Virus record (IMG/VR): IMGVR_UViG_3300017963_000201
Location: 32,001 to 96,000 of that record
Direction: 5' to 3' (one strand)
DNA: 64,000 nucleotides
Source: a virus
A model generated the notes under the pieces. That model ran no database searches. It had not been told where the DNA came from and saw nothing but the letters and a program-made list of their open reading frames with translations. Positions 10,187-20,625 of this stretch are shown here, in pieces; positions within the stretch are counted from its first letter, which is position 1, and the number at the start of each line of letters is the position of its first letter. The translations under genes and the position numbers were made by a program.

Positions 10187-10474
10187 GTGGAAGTATTCGT
10201 TTCGTACCAAAAAAATATAATTGAAGATTCCATCTTATTTACTGAGATCCAAGATAAGTTTGCTTATAGAGTTAAAAAGATAGTACAAAAGCACTTCCCC
10301 GATACTGATAAATGTTGGGCGGTTTGGTATCAGTTCCCCAAAAATGTACCAGGACCATGTGTAATAATTTTTGATTCTCCCTTTGATCCCATAAATGTTA
10401 AACTTATTGAAGAAGAAATTGCGTCTTTAGTATTGGGTGTTGCTAAAGAAATCGAAATAGAGTATGGGCGGTAG
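10187..10474 (+). CDS. Hypothetical protein
   Basis: RBS GGAGA, GTG start. Confidence 0.55.
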   Translation: MEVFVSYQKNIIEDSILFTEIQDKFAYRVKKIVQKHFPDTDKCWAVWYQFPKNVPGPCVIIFDSPFDPINVKLIEEEIASLVLGVAKEIEIEYGR

Positions 10475-10949
10475 GAAGTATTACAGAGTCCCAATTTGTG
10501 CCCAAGGTATATTGACCAGAGACAATTATGTCTTTTGGCTAAGACGAGAGAGCCGCGCAATTTATCAACGTTTTGGGATATACTCGCAAGTAAAACCCCA
10601 ACCTACTTGCAAAGAAATCGTAGAACAGATAAATACCTTAGCGCACTTAAAAGGTTATCGTTGTTATTATACAAACGTATTATTGGATTGGTCACTGTTA
10701 CTATACAGCGAACGTTTGCCAAAAAGAAATAGAAGAAATCCGCTATTAAGTAAATTCGATAAAATGCCTGCCGTAGACATTGCATTACAACCTACAGGGA
10801 AGTACAATCTTCGTATATGTTCTTGGTTAGTTGCTGAAATGAAATATAATGTTTTGGAACCAGAATTCATCGATATATGTTCTGCTATTTCCTTGAATAT
10901 GAAATTACCACGTTGGGAGGGAAAAAATGGAAAAATATCTTCTACCTAA
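10464..10949 (+). CDS. Hypothetical protein
   Basis: Operonic overlap. Confidence 0.5.
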   Translation: MGGRKYYRVPICAQGILTRDNYVFWLRRESRAIYQRFGIYSQVKPQPTCKEIVEQINTLAHLKGYRCYYTNVLLDWSLLLYSERLPKRNRRNPLLSKFDKMPAVDIALQPTGKYNLRICSWLVAEMKYNVLEPEFIDICSAISLNMKLPRWEGKNGKISST

Positions 10950-11367
10950 ATTTTTAAAAAACATATTATCCCCTAAAGATTATCGAAAGTGGCTTGAAAA
11001 TCGCGCTAATGCGTTACACAGAAGAGATAAAGCAAACAATAAGGCAATAGGACCCAGATCAAAGTATAAAGAATTAATTAATAAAGCAGTATGTCGAGAT
11101 ACCAATGTTTGTCATCATACGGGTTGGATTATGGATTGGTCTTTAATTAATCTTTTGGATGACAAAGAAGCTCAAGCTAAAAGAAATGGATACAAAAGAA
11201 AGTTCGATATGCTTCCGACCGTGGATCATGAATGGAACGGAAAAAACTACGATTTTAGTATTTGCTGTTGGATAATCCACGATATTAAAAACAACCTCTC
11301 AATGCCAGAACTGATTGATGTTTGTGGTGCGGTAGTGCGGCATTACACACCCAACCAACAAACTTAA
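10927..11367 (+). CDS. Hypothetical protein, possible HNH-like fold
   Basis: CHHTG..PTVDH..CCWIIHDIK pattern. Confidence 0.5.
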   Translation: MEKYLLPKFLKNILSPKDYRKWLENRANALHRRDKANNKAIGPRSKYKELINKAVCRDTNVCHHTGWIMDWSLINLLDDKEAQAKRNGYKRKFDMLPTVDHEWNGKNYDFSICCWIIHDIKNNLSMPELIDVCGAVVRHYTPNQQT

Positions 11368-11467
11368 TCCCTTTATTTTTACCAACATACGCAAATTCAA
11401 AAATTTTTGTTGACTTTTTACTTTTTCTTATTTACGGTCACTCCGAATATTTAATAAGGAGATAACC

Positions 11468-12052
11468 ATGCGTATTGTCATCCCAGAAGAGAAAAATTAT
11501 ATTAAGCGTCTCAGGGAAAACTCAGTTAGAGGGGAATTAGAATTTGAAAACTTGTGTAAAATCTACGAAGAAATTTACGATCATAAGTATTGGGCATATT
11601 GGAATTATCCTAGTTTTAGAAGTTTCTGCATGGCAACCAATAAAGATTACGGTCTATACTCCTTTGGTATGGTCCGATTATATCTTCGTTGTGCTAAATT
11701 ATTGCCTGCCTATTACTTTCGGATTTATTCTAGAGGGCAATGCCTAGCCATTGCGCATGGAGCAACCGAAGATATTCGAGATGCTATTTCACAAGCCACA
11801 GATCAATTGCGGGTAAAAGATCTAACCCGCCTTGCCCTAAATCTAAATAAAGAGTATAAGAATGGAAATAAAAAATCGGAATTACCGCTTCGAATCCCAA
11901 GTCAGGGGGAATTCGAAGTTAATCTATTGACCAAAAAACCTAGATCATATCAAGGTTATTTATCATTAAATAATCAAAACTATATCGATATTACGTTCAA
12001 TCCACGAGCTAAAAAAGCATTTTATATAATACGTAGCTGTAATATTGATTAG
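11468..12052 (+). CDS. Hypothetical protein
   Basis: RBS AAGGAG; own upstream TTGACT. Confidence 0.55.
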   Translation: MRIVIPEEKNYIKRLRENSVRGELEFENLCKIYEEIYDHKYWAYWNYPSFRSFCMATNKDYGLYSFGMVRLYLRCAKLLPAYYFRIYSRGQCLAIAHGATEDIRDAISQATDQLRVKDLTRLALNLNKEYKNGNKKSELPLRIPSQGEFEVNLLTKKPRSYQGYLSLNNQNYIDITFNPRAKKAFYIIRSCNID

Positions 12053-12172
12053 TAATTTCAATAATCTGTAAATTAAATTAATGCTAAGTTAATTTAGTGC
12101 TTGACTTAAAAACGTAATCTGTATTACAATCGTGATAATTTCGTAATACTAAACTTTTGGAGGGACTGTACA

Positions 12173-12514
12173 ATGGCAAATACCAAAAAAGAAAAAACCA
12201 CAAAGAAGACGAAAAAAACCCCAACGGGAAAAAGGGGGAAACACTACACCCCCGCACAAAAACAAAAGATCCTTGCAAGGTATAGGGATCTGAGGACGCA
12301 CGGCGTTAAAGCCGTGGAAGCTGCCAAAAAAGTTGGCGTCTCGTATCTTACGATTCAAAAATGGGGAGCTAACGGGCTAGAAAAGGTGCGGACCAAGCCC
12401 CGCACAAATTTAAAACCAGACCCCTTTGAGGGAATCACGTTGAAAACCCCGGGAGGGTTTGTCATTGAAAACCTATCCCGACAAGATTTAATTGCGGTCC
12501 TTCAAGCTCTTTAA
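12173..12514 (+). CDS. Helix-turn-helix DNA-binding protein
   Basis: YTPAQKQKIL..AAKKVGVSYLTIQKW; promoter TTGACT..TACAAT at ~12101-12130. Confidence 0.7.
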   Translation: MANTKKEKTTKKTKKTPTGKRGKHYTPAQKQKILARYRDLRTHGVKAVEAAKKVGVSYLTIQKWGANGLEKVRTKPRTNLKPDPFEGITLKTPGGFVIENLSRQDLIAVLQAL

Positions 12515-12549
12515 TTTTTGTGTCAGATCCAACCGGGAAGAACGTCTTA

Positions 12550-12861
12550 AGAGGAAAAGGAGGGATTGATATGTTAGACAAAAACGACGTAGGTTTCGGA
12601 CGGCGGGCCATTCGGATGGCCGTAAAGATGGACCCCGATGGTGGCCCCCACGGGTTGGGCGTAAACCTGGGAGTGCCCCCTGAGGACAATTGGGGGTGGA
12701 GATGGTGGCTCCATCCGTCCGGGAGGGTGGTCCGAGTACGTCAGGGAGGGGATCTAGATCAGATCCCAGAAGACGTTGGTGAGATCACCTTGGACCTCCA
12801 GGGTGCGATTTTCCTGGCCCGGATGATCACGGGCGACTGGGGGGAGGATTACAATTTCTGA
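12550..12861 (+). CDS. Hypothetical protein
   Basis: RBS GGAGG before ATG 12550. Confidence 0.5.
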   Translation, partial: RGKGGIDMLDKNDVGFGRRAIRMAVKMDPDGGPHGLGVNLGVPPEDNWGWRWWLHPSGRVVRVRQGGDLDQIPEDVGEITLDLQGAIFLARMITGDWGEDYNF

Positions 12862-12995
12862 CCCTCTCCCCTCCCCCCTCCCCCCGGAAAAAAGTTCCTA
12901 AACTTTTTTCCAATCCCGCAACTTATTCATACCATTTTCCCCTCAAAAAAACGACCAACATCAAATAAAATGAACACTTATGTGTAATACATCTG

Positions 12996-13011
12996 TGGTA
13001 CACATTTTGCA
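12996..13011 (+). promoter_or_regulatory. sigma54 promoter
   Basis: TGGTACA-CATT-TTGCA; upstream sequence homologous to that of the 50940 promoter. Confidence 0.6.
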
Positions 13012-13027
13012 TAAGTTAATGATCGGT

Positions 13028-13534
13028 ATGCGTGATTCACTTAAAAAGGGGCTCAAAGGGGTAGCAGAAGTCACCAGGATTTCTGTCTCCCGATGGGGCT
13101 CAGAGTACTACCAGATCCGCTATCTAAAAGGCCCACGGAAGGGCCAGTCCTACCGCGTAAGGATTTCCAACCACAATACCACGGGAAGTTACCAGGGCCA
13201 ACAACAAGGCGTGTCTGGAGACTTCCGGACTGTGCCAGAAGCCGTAGAAGATCTTCTGCAGTGGAACACCGCAGAAGATATCGCTGACCAAGCCCAAGAA
13301 CTCAAAAAAGCACAGGAACAAAAGGATAGGTCAGAAGACCTAAATCGCAAAGCCGCTGAGATTCGACAATTAGTTTTTCGCGGCCTGGTTGACCGTGGGT
13401 ATTCAAAGCGGAAAGCGAAAAAAATTGTCGCTGACGCTACAGTTACGAAACAGGCTGCGGTAGCAGCCAAAGAGGGCATAAGTTTTGAAGTGGCTTCCGA
13501 AAAAATTTTGGAGGAAATATTCAATGTCAGCTAA
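13028..13534 (+). CDS. Hypothetical early protein
   Basis: In-frame ATG just downstream of sigma54 promoter. Confidence 0.55.
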   Translation: MRDSLKKGLKGVAEVTRISVSRWGSEYYQIRYLKGPRKGQSYRVRISNHNTTGSYQGQQQGVSGDFRTVPEAVEDLLQWNTAEDIADQAQELKKAQEQKDRSEDLNRKAAEIRQLVFRGLVDRGYSKRKAKKIVADATVTKQAAVAAKEGISFEVASEKILEEIFNVS

Positions 13535-13700
13535 AATATACTACAACACCGAATTATGCGAAAAATGCGGGAGTTCTATTTGCTTGCTGCCGAGCGAGCG
13601 AGAGAACCCCCCTCTTCTATGCAAGCACTGCGAACTCGAAGAGAGAACCACGAGATCTTTCAAAGCCGTCGCAAGAGACGGCGGTATACTTTTTGATTAA
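13524..13700 (+). CDS. Small Zn-ribbon protein
   Basis: CEKC..CKHC; RBS GGAGG. Confidence 0.5.
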   Translation: MSAKIYYNTELCEKCGSSICLLPSERENPPLLCKHCELEERTTRSFKAVARDGGILFD

Positions 13701-13715
13701 AAGGAGAAAAAAAAA

Positions 13716-13931
13716 ATGAAAAGCTGGAAAATTTACAACAGGACCACTGGTATTGAGCTTGGTATCTACCGGGCTCATACAGAAGAAGGGGCGCTTGATG
13801 CCCTAGCCAGGGATGCCGGATACGTAAGCCACGCCCTTGCGGTCGGCGAGATCCTTGGTACCAATGACGATATGGTCGTAGAAGAAGCCAAAAAAGACGA
13901 GGATAACTTTTCAAGGGGAGAAAAATCATGA
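13716..13931 (+). CDS. Hypothetical protein
   Basis: RBS AAGGAG. Confidence 0.55.
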   Translation: MKSWKIYNRTTGIELGIYRAHTEEGALDALARDAGYVSHALAVGEILGTNDDMVVEEAKKDEDNFSRGEKS

Positions 13932-14164
13932 TTGCATATTGTGGGCTGCTTGGATCGGTCCATCACCGATGGGTCAGAGTTGGTCGCTCGAAAAAAGAGG
14001 CATGGGCCGAAGCCGAAAGGCTTTGGCGCGAGGAACAGGACACACACCCGGCATGGGTCGGAAACTACGGGGTGATGACCGAGCGGGAAGCGGAAAAACA
14101 ACGCTATCGGGACGGGACGAAAATTTATCCGACCCGCGATAGCCAGGGATATAATCCCTACTAA
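13928..14164 (+). CDS. Hypothetical protein
   Basis: ATGA coupling. Confidence 0.5.
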   Translation: MIAYCGLLGSVHHRWVRVGRSKKEAWAEAERLWREEQDTHPAWVGNYGVMTEREAEKQRYRDGTKIYPTRDSQGYNPY

Positions 14165-14177
14165 AAAGGAGAAAAAA

Positions 14178-14840
14178 ATGAAGACCTCATTTCTATTTAT
14201 TTTAATTTTCGTTGTGGGTTGTGGGGGTAGCGATACGATCCCTCCGGGATTTTCGCCGGATCAAATTAAAACATTCTGTGAAACAAGCGAGGATTGTTCC
14301 ACAAAGGAAGAATGCGTTTCGGGTGCCTGTGTATCTGATCAGCATGTGATGGAATGTTATGCCGATCAAGATTGCGAAAAGCAAAACAAATGCATTTCTA
14401 ATGTTTGCGTTTTTCAACCGGAATGTTTAGAAACAGAGAATTGTGACGATCCTCGCATGGAATGTATTTTGGGTCGGTGCGTGGATTATATTGAGCTGGA
14501 TGCCTGCACCGAAAAAGAATGCTCAGATTCCTGTGCTGAATGCGGTCCCTATACCTTATGTAATGAAAAAAACATCTGCGAGGATGCTTGCGTCTATCGG
14601 GAGCGCATAGAGTTAATTGCGATGAAAATGGCTTGTGCTGATTTTACCGGGTGTGTCTTCTGTGATTGTTGGTCTATCGGACTAAAATACGATGGTGGGA
14701 TTCATGGGTGTGGGGATCCGTTCACAATGGGTTGCAATTTTAATAATACCTATGCAGACGATTTAAGGAAAATTAAAGATTGGGAAGGGGTATTGTCTGA
14801 TAACATACAAGAGCATGCCGAATCAATGTGTGACTTATAA
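14178..14840 (+). CDS. Cysteine-rich lipoprotein
   Basis: Signal peptide with lipobox VVGC; repeated CxxxxDC..C..G.C modules. Confidence 0.75.
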   Translation: MKTSFLFILIFVVGCGGSDTIPPGFSPDQIKTFCETSEDCSTKEECVSGACVSDQHVMECYADQDCEKQNKCISNVCVFQPECLETENCDDPRMECILGRCVDYIELDACTEKECSDSCAECGPYTLCNEKNICEDACVYRERIELIAMKMACADFTGCVFCDCWSIGLKYDGGIHGCGDPFTMGCNFNNTYADDLRKIKDWEGVLSDNIQEHAESMCDL

Positions 14841-17618
14841 TGCGCCCATAGTACACATTGGAATTGCTAGAGTATGCGTATCAACCCCATCATAATACCT
14901 AACAATAACTGCTGCGTGTAAAGCCCCCGTCCCGGTTACTGAACACCGATCAAATGCTAAGGACCCAGAACCAAACTCAGCCATAATATTATCCCCTATG
15001 CCTAAGTTTACAAAAAGACCTGCTGTATCCGCATCAGCTCCGTACACACCAACACCATTACCGATTCCCCATACACCCGTAGATGCTGCACCTATAACCC
15101 CATAAACGTCCCCATTGCCCCGAACTCCAATACTGTCCCCTTCCCCATAGATACCCGTAATCGCTGTAGCCACAATACCCGTAGCATTAGCTGCTGTAGC
15201 AGCCGCATCAGTGCAAGCAAAAAAACCGGCTGTATTTGTTATAGCTTCGCCGTATAGTCCCGTTTCGGTTTTTGCCGTAAAAGAACCGCCGTAATTAGCA
15301 GCTTTGCCGCAGACCCCCACATCCCCAAATGCTGTACCAAAAACACCTGAATTAGTAGCAGCACTACCATATACCCCAAAATTTTTACCCCGACCATATA
15401 CGCCAAAATCCTCGTCCGCAGTCCCATAAACTCCAAAATCATTTTTTGCTGAACCGTAAACTCCATAATCAGAGTCGGCTATGCCTTTAACACCCGCATT
15501 ATTTTTCGCTGACCCAAATACCCCAGAGTTGGTAGCTGCAATTCCATATACGCCTTCATTAGGTGCTGATCCGTAAATTCCGGTTGCCGTAGCTGCAATC
15601 CCACAAACAGCGGTATTTGGGGCTGAACCGTAAACCCCATAAACATTATCAGCTTCTCCATAAACCCCATAGTCATTAGTCGCTGAACCATAAACCCCAT
15701 AATCATTATCGGCTTCCGCATAAACTCCGTAGTCGCTGGCTTTAAAATAACCACCGTAAGATCCGGCAGCGGTTCCTTGAACCGCTACATCCCCAGTTTT
15801 CACTTCACCATAAATAGCCGATCCACTCTCGGCTGTAGCAATAAAAGCGTTAGACTCAACTGCGACTCTAAGTTGATTTCTAAAAGCCTTTGTGTGATAA
15901 CCATCCTCGTCGTGTTCTTGCTCTAGTATTGGTCTAGTATCCGAAGTAGTAAATCTTCTAATATCTCTTAGATTAGATAAAAGTTCTGTAGTATCTCTCC
16001 AATGCACAATAGCTAATTTTAGTAAGCTATCCTCGGGGTAATCAGTTTCATCCATATCAATTGTAACCGTACTATTGTTTGCAGCCCCTAACGCACCTGT
16101 GATATTAACAATAATCCAATTATCCGTATCACTAGAAAATAATTTGTAATAACCGCTTGGGTTCGACCCAGTTGCGAACGTAGTTCCTGCTACATGTACC
16201 TCATCCCCAGCAGCCCCATCTCCAGGGGCCTGCCAAGTTAAAGTCTCAGTGGTATCATCCCAAGTTATAGTTCCATTGCCAGCGGTCTTATTTCTAATAT
16301 CTATTAGCTCAATGTCTGAATCCCAAAATGGCTGTGCAGCATCTCTACCCGCAACAAGTAGTTTTTGCGGGGCACCAGAACTATCTAAGTATATTAAATA
16401 ATCACCACTATCAGGTATCGGTACTATATCAAATGCAACCGAACCGTTACTGCCAACATTAACTCCTGTTATATTCTCATACGTAACACCATCGATTAGA
16501 AAAGAATTCTTAAAACCACCGTTGTTATTTATTAATATTTGATCATTAACGGCATCGATTTGACACTGAAGCTGTGTAGAATCCGCATCGTTTGAGATAC
16601 CGTTTATATGAAATAGATCTTGGTGATCAAAACCACCCCCGGATATGTCATCTAGACTTAATCCATGTGGGTTATTAGTGCTTAAAGTCCCGCTCCCAAC
16701 CATATCTCTGTGCTCTTGATCAATAGCGCATGCCATCGGTATATCCCGACCGTATAAAGATGTAATCTCTACGGTATCGGTAACGTTTGCTGCAGGAAGC
16801 GATGTAAATACAACAGCTATAATAATATAATAGGATGTATTGTTTGAGTAGACAGTATAAGTGCCAGACGAAGGGGCAGCCGTTCCAGATCCCTCGGCAT
16901 CACCGGGGGCAGTAAAATATATTGTATTTGTAGCAGATACATATCTTAAAGTTGCCGTACCTATAGGCGTTTCGTCAGAACAAGAATTTACGGTAACACC
17001 CGTTAAAGTATCAGGGTCCGAAGATACGGGGTGGGTTTTTGGTTGAATAAACTGATCAATACTAGCCGATGTCAAAGCATTGCCAGCGCCGTTAGCTGTA
17101 ACAATTGCAACCAATATTAAGTTTGATAATTCTACCGTACTAAAAGCCGCAAACTGAATCCTTGTATATACTTGTACACTAAATGTTTCGGATATAATAG
17201 TGTTATGAGAAGTAAGTGGATAAAACCTTTGGGCCAAAGGGGTACTTGAAGATTCGTCGTACTCCAAGCAAATATAGTTTTTTGTCCCGTTGGAATAATC
17301 AGCTAAAGCAACACCCGTAGCAGTAGGGGTATATCCCGGAGTACCAGATCCTGCATCAGTCAAGGTAGAGATACGTTCCCCAGATCCCGTATCACGAACA
17401 TTAACATCCGGATAAAACCCTCCTGTATACCCATCACCCGGACCTATATCTATCTTAGTTGTGTTACCCGAATTGACCGTAACACGGAAACCAGTTCTAA
17501 TACCGAATTGATTGTTTGAGCGCATTCGGTACAGAATTGCTCTAATCTTAGAGTCCTCAGTGTTGTTTAGCTGCGTCTGAGATGGCTTCGTATGATTAAA
17601 ATATTCTGTGCGTTCCAT
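14835..17618 (-). CDS. Tail fibre/baseplate-attached protein with ~12-aa GVYG repeats
   Basis: End of tail operon; many YGVYGxA repeats in C-terminal third. Confidence 0.75.
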   Translation of the reverse strand: MERTEYFNHTKPSQTQLNNTEDSKIRAILYRMRSNNQFGIRTGFRVTVNSGNTTKIDIGPGDGYTGGFYPDVNVRDTGSGERISTLTDAGSGTPGYTPTATGVALADYSNGTKNYICLEYDESSSTPLAQRFYPLTSHNTIISETFSVQVYTRIQFAAFSTVELSNLILVAIVTANGAGNALTSASIDQFIQPKTHPVSSDPDTLTGVTVNSCSDETPIGTATLRYVSATNTIYFTAPGDAEGSGTAAPSSGTYTVYSNNTSYYIIIAVVFTSLPAANVTDTVEITSLYGRDIPMACAIDQEHRDMVGSGTLSTNNPHGLSLDDISGGGFDHQDLFHINGISNDADSTQLQCQIDAVNDQILINNNGGFKNSFLIDGVTYENITGVNVGSNGSVAFDIVPIPDSGDYLIYLDSSGAPQKLLVAGRDAAQPFWDSDIELIDIRNKTAGNGTITWDDTTETLTWQAPGDGAAGDEVHVAGTTFATGSNPSGYYKLFSSDTDNWIIVNITGALGAANNSTVTIDMDETDYPEDSLLKLAIVHWRDTTELLSNLRDIRRFTTSDTRPILEQEHDEDGYHTKAFRNQLRVAVESNAFIATAESGSAIYGEVKTGDVAVQGTAAGSYGGYFKASDYGVYAEADNDYGVYGSATNDYGVYGEADNVYGVYGSAPNTAVCGIAATATGIYGSAPNEGVYGIAATNSGVFGSAKNNAGVKGIADSDYGVYGSAKNDFGVYGTADEDFGVYGRGKNFGVYGSAATNSGVFGTAFGDVGVCGKAANYGGSFTAKTETGLYGEAITNTAGFFACTDAAATAANATGIVATAITGIYGEGDSIGVRGNGDVYGVIGAASTGVWGIGNGVGVYGADADTAGLFVNLGIGDNIMAEFGSGSLAFDRCSVTGTGALHAAVIVRYYDGVDTHTLAIPMCTMGAL

Positions 17619-17627
17619 GGATCACTC

Positions 17628-19295
17628 CTAAGGCTGTCTCTGGGTCCAATCCCTGCTACAATAGTACGGTCTGAAGCATAAGCCTATAAACTCATAATCT
17701 ATACGTCTTAATAGATCTACTACCGTTAGTTTAATCTGAATATACGTAGAAGTTAAAGTAATGACTTCCCCAATCGGGTATGTTACCTCCGTCCAACCAC
17801 TCATCGAACTAAGATCTTCACCTTGTCTGTAATAAATCTTACGTGTAATATTTTCGGAGTATACACGATCCAATACCGATAATTCAACATCCCCTGAAGC
17901 CGAAGCAGTAGCTGTAGTAGTTGCGACCATAAGAAGGGGGGTATGTAAACTTGCATCTTGATCAATATCGTGTACATCTATATTAAAGTCTTCGTTATAA
18001 CGCATATTGCTTAGGAGACAATTCTCAAAACCATTCCACCGCTCAGTAAAGAGATAATAATTTGGGGGTTGGGGCTCATGATGCAAAACCCAGTAAACCG
18101 GAGCTATGTCAGCAACCGAACTCATAACGTTGTTGTAACACTCTCCCGAAGCATTAGTGGACAGAGTAGAAAGACCTAATACGTCTATAGCAATCCCGTA
18201 TTTTTGATCTTCCATACCTAACAGATAATTATCATAATCAACATCGGATACGGATATGATCCACCCATCTTCATAATCTTCGAGCCTTTTGAAAAAACTT
18301 GGGAATAAATTATACCCACCTATGGCATTGTTATATGCCGTCAAAGTCCCCACATTCTGACTAGCATACCACATATCCATAACTCGTTTATTAAACTTTG
18401 TGCCACTTGCAAAATAAGCATACATGGGCCAAAGCTCAGAAAAACGGGTCACAGAGGTTGCCGTTTTTATATAATAGTTGGCCTCCATACTCTTTTCAGC
18501 CAGATCACTATTAACGATACCTCGGCTTTGCATTGCTTTAATAAATGAGGTTTCCCCAGAATAAGGATCTTGTACATTCCAAAAATCGTTATCTATAAGC
18601 TCGTAGTGATAATCTTTCTTTGCTGTCTCTTCGTCAGTAACCTCACTTTGAATTCCCCCAATAGATGGGTATGTATCTTCAGTAGGATTTGCCGTTCCCG
18701 TGTTTACTAATATTGATATATGGTCTGGAGTAAGATCATCGTTTTCCTCATCCATATAAACAATCTGTTCATTGTCTACAGTTGATCCTTCGTTGAAGGC
18801 CCCTCCAGTATACAATGATCCAAGGTTATAATACTTAACATAGTCAGCCGTAACTGTTGTCCCTGCTCCCAAAGTAAACCCTACCGCTGTGACGTAGTAT
18901 CTAGTATTTGGGTATGCCGACAATGCTATATTGTAGAATTCCCCAGATACATTAGTTACAATACACTGCATACAGTTATGGGCTGTTAGGTTATAGACTT
19001 TCAAAGTTGTTATCGAATCAAAGTAGAATCCACGATCACATCGACTAGCAACATTATAAAAAGGAAAAACGTCTGTACAATTTGAAAACTCAAAACCAGT
19101 GCTTTGTGTCTTAGCCTTTAATCTTATGCACTTATTATCTTTTGCTCTAACAGTATCTGCATGTGTAACTTTAATTCCAGTAATAGTGCCCCCATAAATA
19201 TCCGATACTACATTCCCACGGACAGAGGTAGTACGGGACGCTATAACATTCACATTGTCTGGGTAAAAAGTAGGTACTGTCATTTTATGGCCCAT
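17628..19295 (-). CDS. Virion baseplate/tail-associated protein
   Basis: Position in tail operon; beta-helix-like N-terminus. Confidence 0.55.
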   Translation of the reverse strand: MGHKMTVPTFYPDNVNVIASRTTSVRGNVVSDIYGGTITGIKVTHADTVRAKDNKCIRLKAKTQSTGFEFSNCTDVFPFYNVASRCDRGFYFDSITTLKVYNLTAHNCMQCIVTNVSGEFYNIALSAYPNTRYYVTAVGFTLGAGTTVTADYVKYYNLGSLYTGGAFNEGSTVDNEQIVYMDEENDDLTPDHISILVNTGTANPTEDTYPSIGGIQSEVTDEETAKKDYHYELIDNDFWNVQDPYSGETSFIKAMQSRGIVNSDLAEKSMEANYYIKTATSVTRFSELWPMYAYFASGTKFNKRVMDMWYASQNVGTLTAYNNAIGGYNLFPSFFKRLEDYEDGWIISVSDVDYDNYLLGMEDQKYGIAIDVLGLSTLSTNASGECYNNVMSSVADIAPVYWVLHHEPQPPNYYLFTERWNGFENCLLSNMRYNEDFNIDVHDIDQDASLHTPLLMVATTTATASASGDVELSVLDRVYSENITRKIYYRQGEDLSSMSGWTEVTYPIGEVITLTSTYIQIKLTVVDLLRRIDYEFIGLCFRPYYCSRDWTQRQP

Positions 19296-20625
19296 TCAAG
19301 ATAGGGGTTCCAACAACATTCCAAATATAAGGGGCATTCGTTCCACTACTTATCTCTGATTCGTAAGTGGCTCCAACGGCTTTGTGAAAGTCTACATAAC
19401 ACATTGGACTAAAATCCCAGGGTTTTGCGGTTCCATTGTACAAAGCATTTAAATTAGCGTCCGATAATTGACTATTGTAAAAGGCTGCCCAATATAAATG
19501 ACCTTTGAAGTAATTAATGGTCATAGGTGCTTCATCAATAACTTCCCCAGCAAGGTAAACATCAATGCCCGCATTTTGTTGTGGAGGCCAAGGTAAAATT
19601 AAACTAGACTTCTTATCTTGCCCTATTACAGAATTAATCTGATATAAATACTCTTCGTTATTAGCTGCCCCCACATGATTAACTGTCATAGCATACAGAG
19701 TTGTCGTTCCTGCTGGATTAATCAAACTAGTAAGTGGGTAATCAAAATTGTTATTTCCTGTGAATTGGCATAATCTATGCCTAAGATCCCAAACTCTATC
19801 CCCAACAGCAGCACCATAACGTTTATTTGCTAAACAAGAATCCCCAGCGGCATTATCTTTGTTGGCAAGCATAACAATGGAAAAACTGTCTGCGGGTAAC
19901 CAGTCTTGCTCCATACTACCGTTACCAAGAATTAAGTAAGCATCAACCCCATTGAAATACCACCACGAAGCTGTAGGATCAGCTTCGTATGGTTGTATGG
20001 CTGGAGTATTCCCTCCTGGTGTTACATCTCCTGGCACAAACCCGATCTCTATTGGAACAACATCGCAGTTGCTTGTTCCACTCAACTCTAGTACAGAACA
20101 GTCTATAACATCGAATCCAGAAGTCTTTATTCCCCTAAGAGTATCACCACCACAAATAATATCGGAGACACTACAATTTTCTATCCGACCTAAAGATCCA
20201 AAAGCATAGATCCCATAGGCATTACCGCTAGGGACATCAAATCCAGTTACGTTAACGGTATAGCACAGGAATTTATCAACGTCCTCTGCGTATAGCCCGA
20301 TAAAGCTATTATTAGTATTAGATGCCTGTAATATATTTATTCCCTGTACATGAAACCTTGGAGAATTAATTATTGCGATAACAGCCTGATGCTTTTCTGT
20401 TTTGATTGGTTGTATAGTAACCGTATCTTTATTTTCTGCAAAAATAGATCCTTCTAACCCAGAGATTACTAAAGAATCTGTTGGGATATATTTACCGTCA
20501 AGGATTCTTATCTGATCCCCACTTGAAAAGTTGTCAATTGCTTTTTCTAAAGTAGCATAGGGCAGATCTCTAGATCCGTTTCCTGTTGTGTCACTGCCAG
20601 AAGTTGATACCCAAATAATTGTCAT
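19285..20625 (-). CDS. Virion protein: beta-helix N-terminus + LamG/ConA-like domain (paralog 2)
   Basis: IIWVSTSGSDTTGNGSRDLPYATLEKA motif; FKGHLYWAAFYNSQLS LamG-like end; start overlaps upstream TGA. Confidence 0.7.
   Translation of the reverse strand: MTIIWVSTSGSDTTGNGSRDLPYATLEKAIDNFSSGDQIRILDGKYIPTDSLVISGLEGSIFAENKDTVTIQPIKTEKHQAVIAIINSPRFHVQGINILQASNTNNSFIGLYAEDVDKFLCYTVNVTGFDVPSGNAYGIYAFGSLGRIENCSVSDIICGGDTLRGIKTSGFDVIDCSVLELSGTSNCDVVPIEIGFVPGDVTPGGNTPAIQPYEADPTASWWYFNGVDAYLILGNGSMEQDWLPADSFSIVMLANKDNAAGDSCLANKRYGAAVGDRVWDLRHRLCQFTGNNNFDYPLTSLINPAGTTTLYAMTVNHVGAANNEEYLYQINSVIGQDKKSSLILPWPPQQNAGIDVYLAGEVIDEAPMTINYFKGHLYWAAFYNSQLSDANLNALYNGTAKPWDFSPMCYVDFHKAVGATYESEISSGTNAPYIWNVVGTPILNGP

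Noticed and set aside
15000-15800. Diversity-generating retroelement or non-coding repeat array
   Set aside because: Repeats are degenerate in-frame codons of the tail fibre; no reverse transcriptase or TR/VR pair seen
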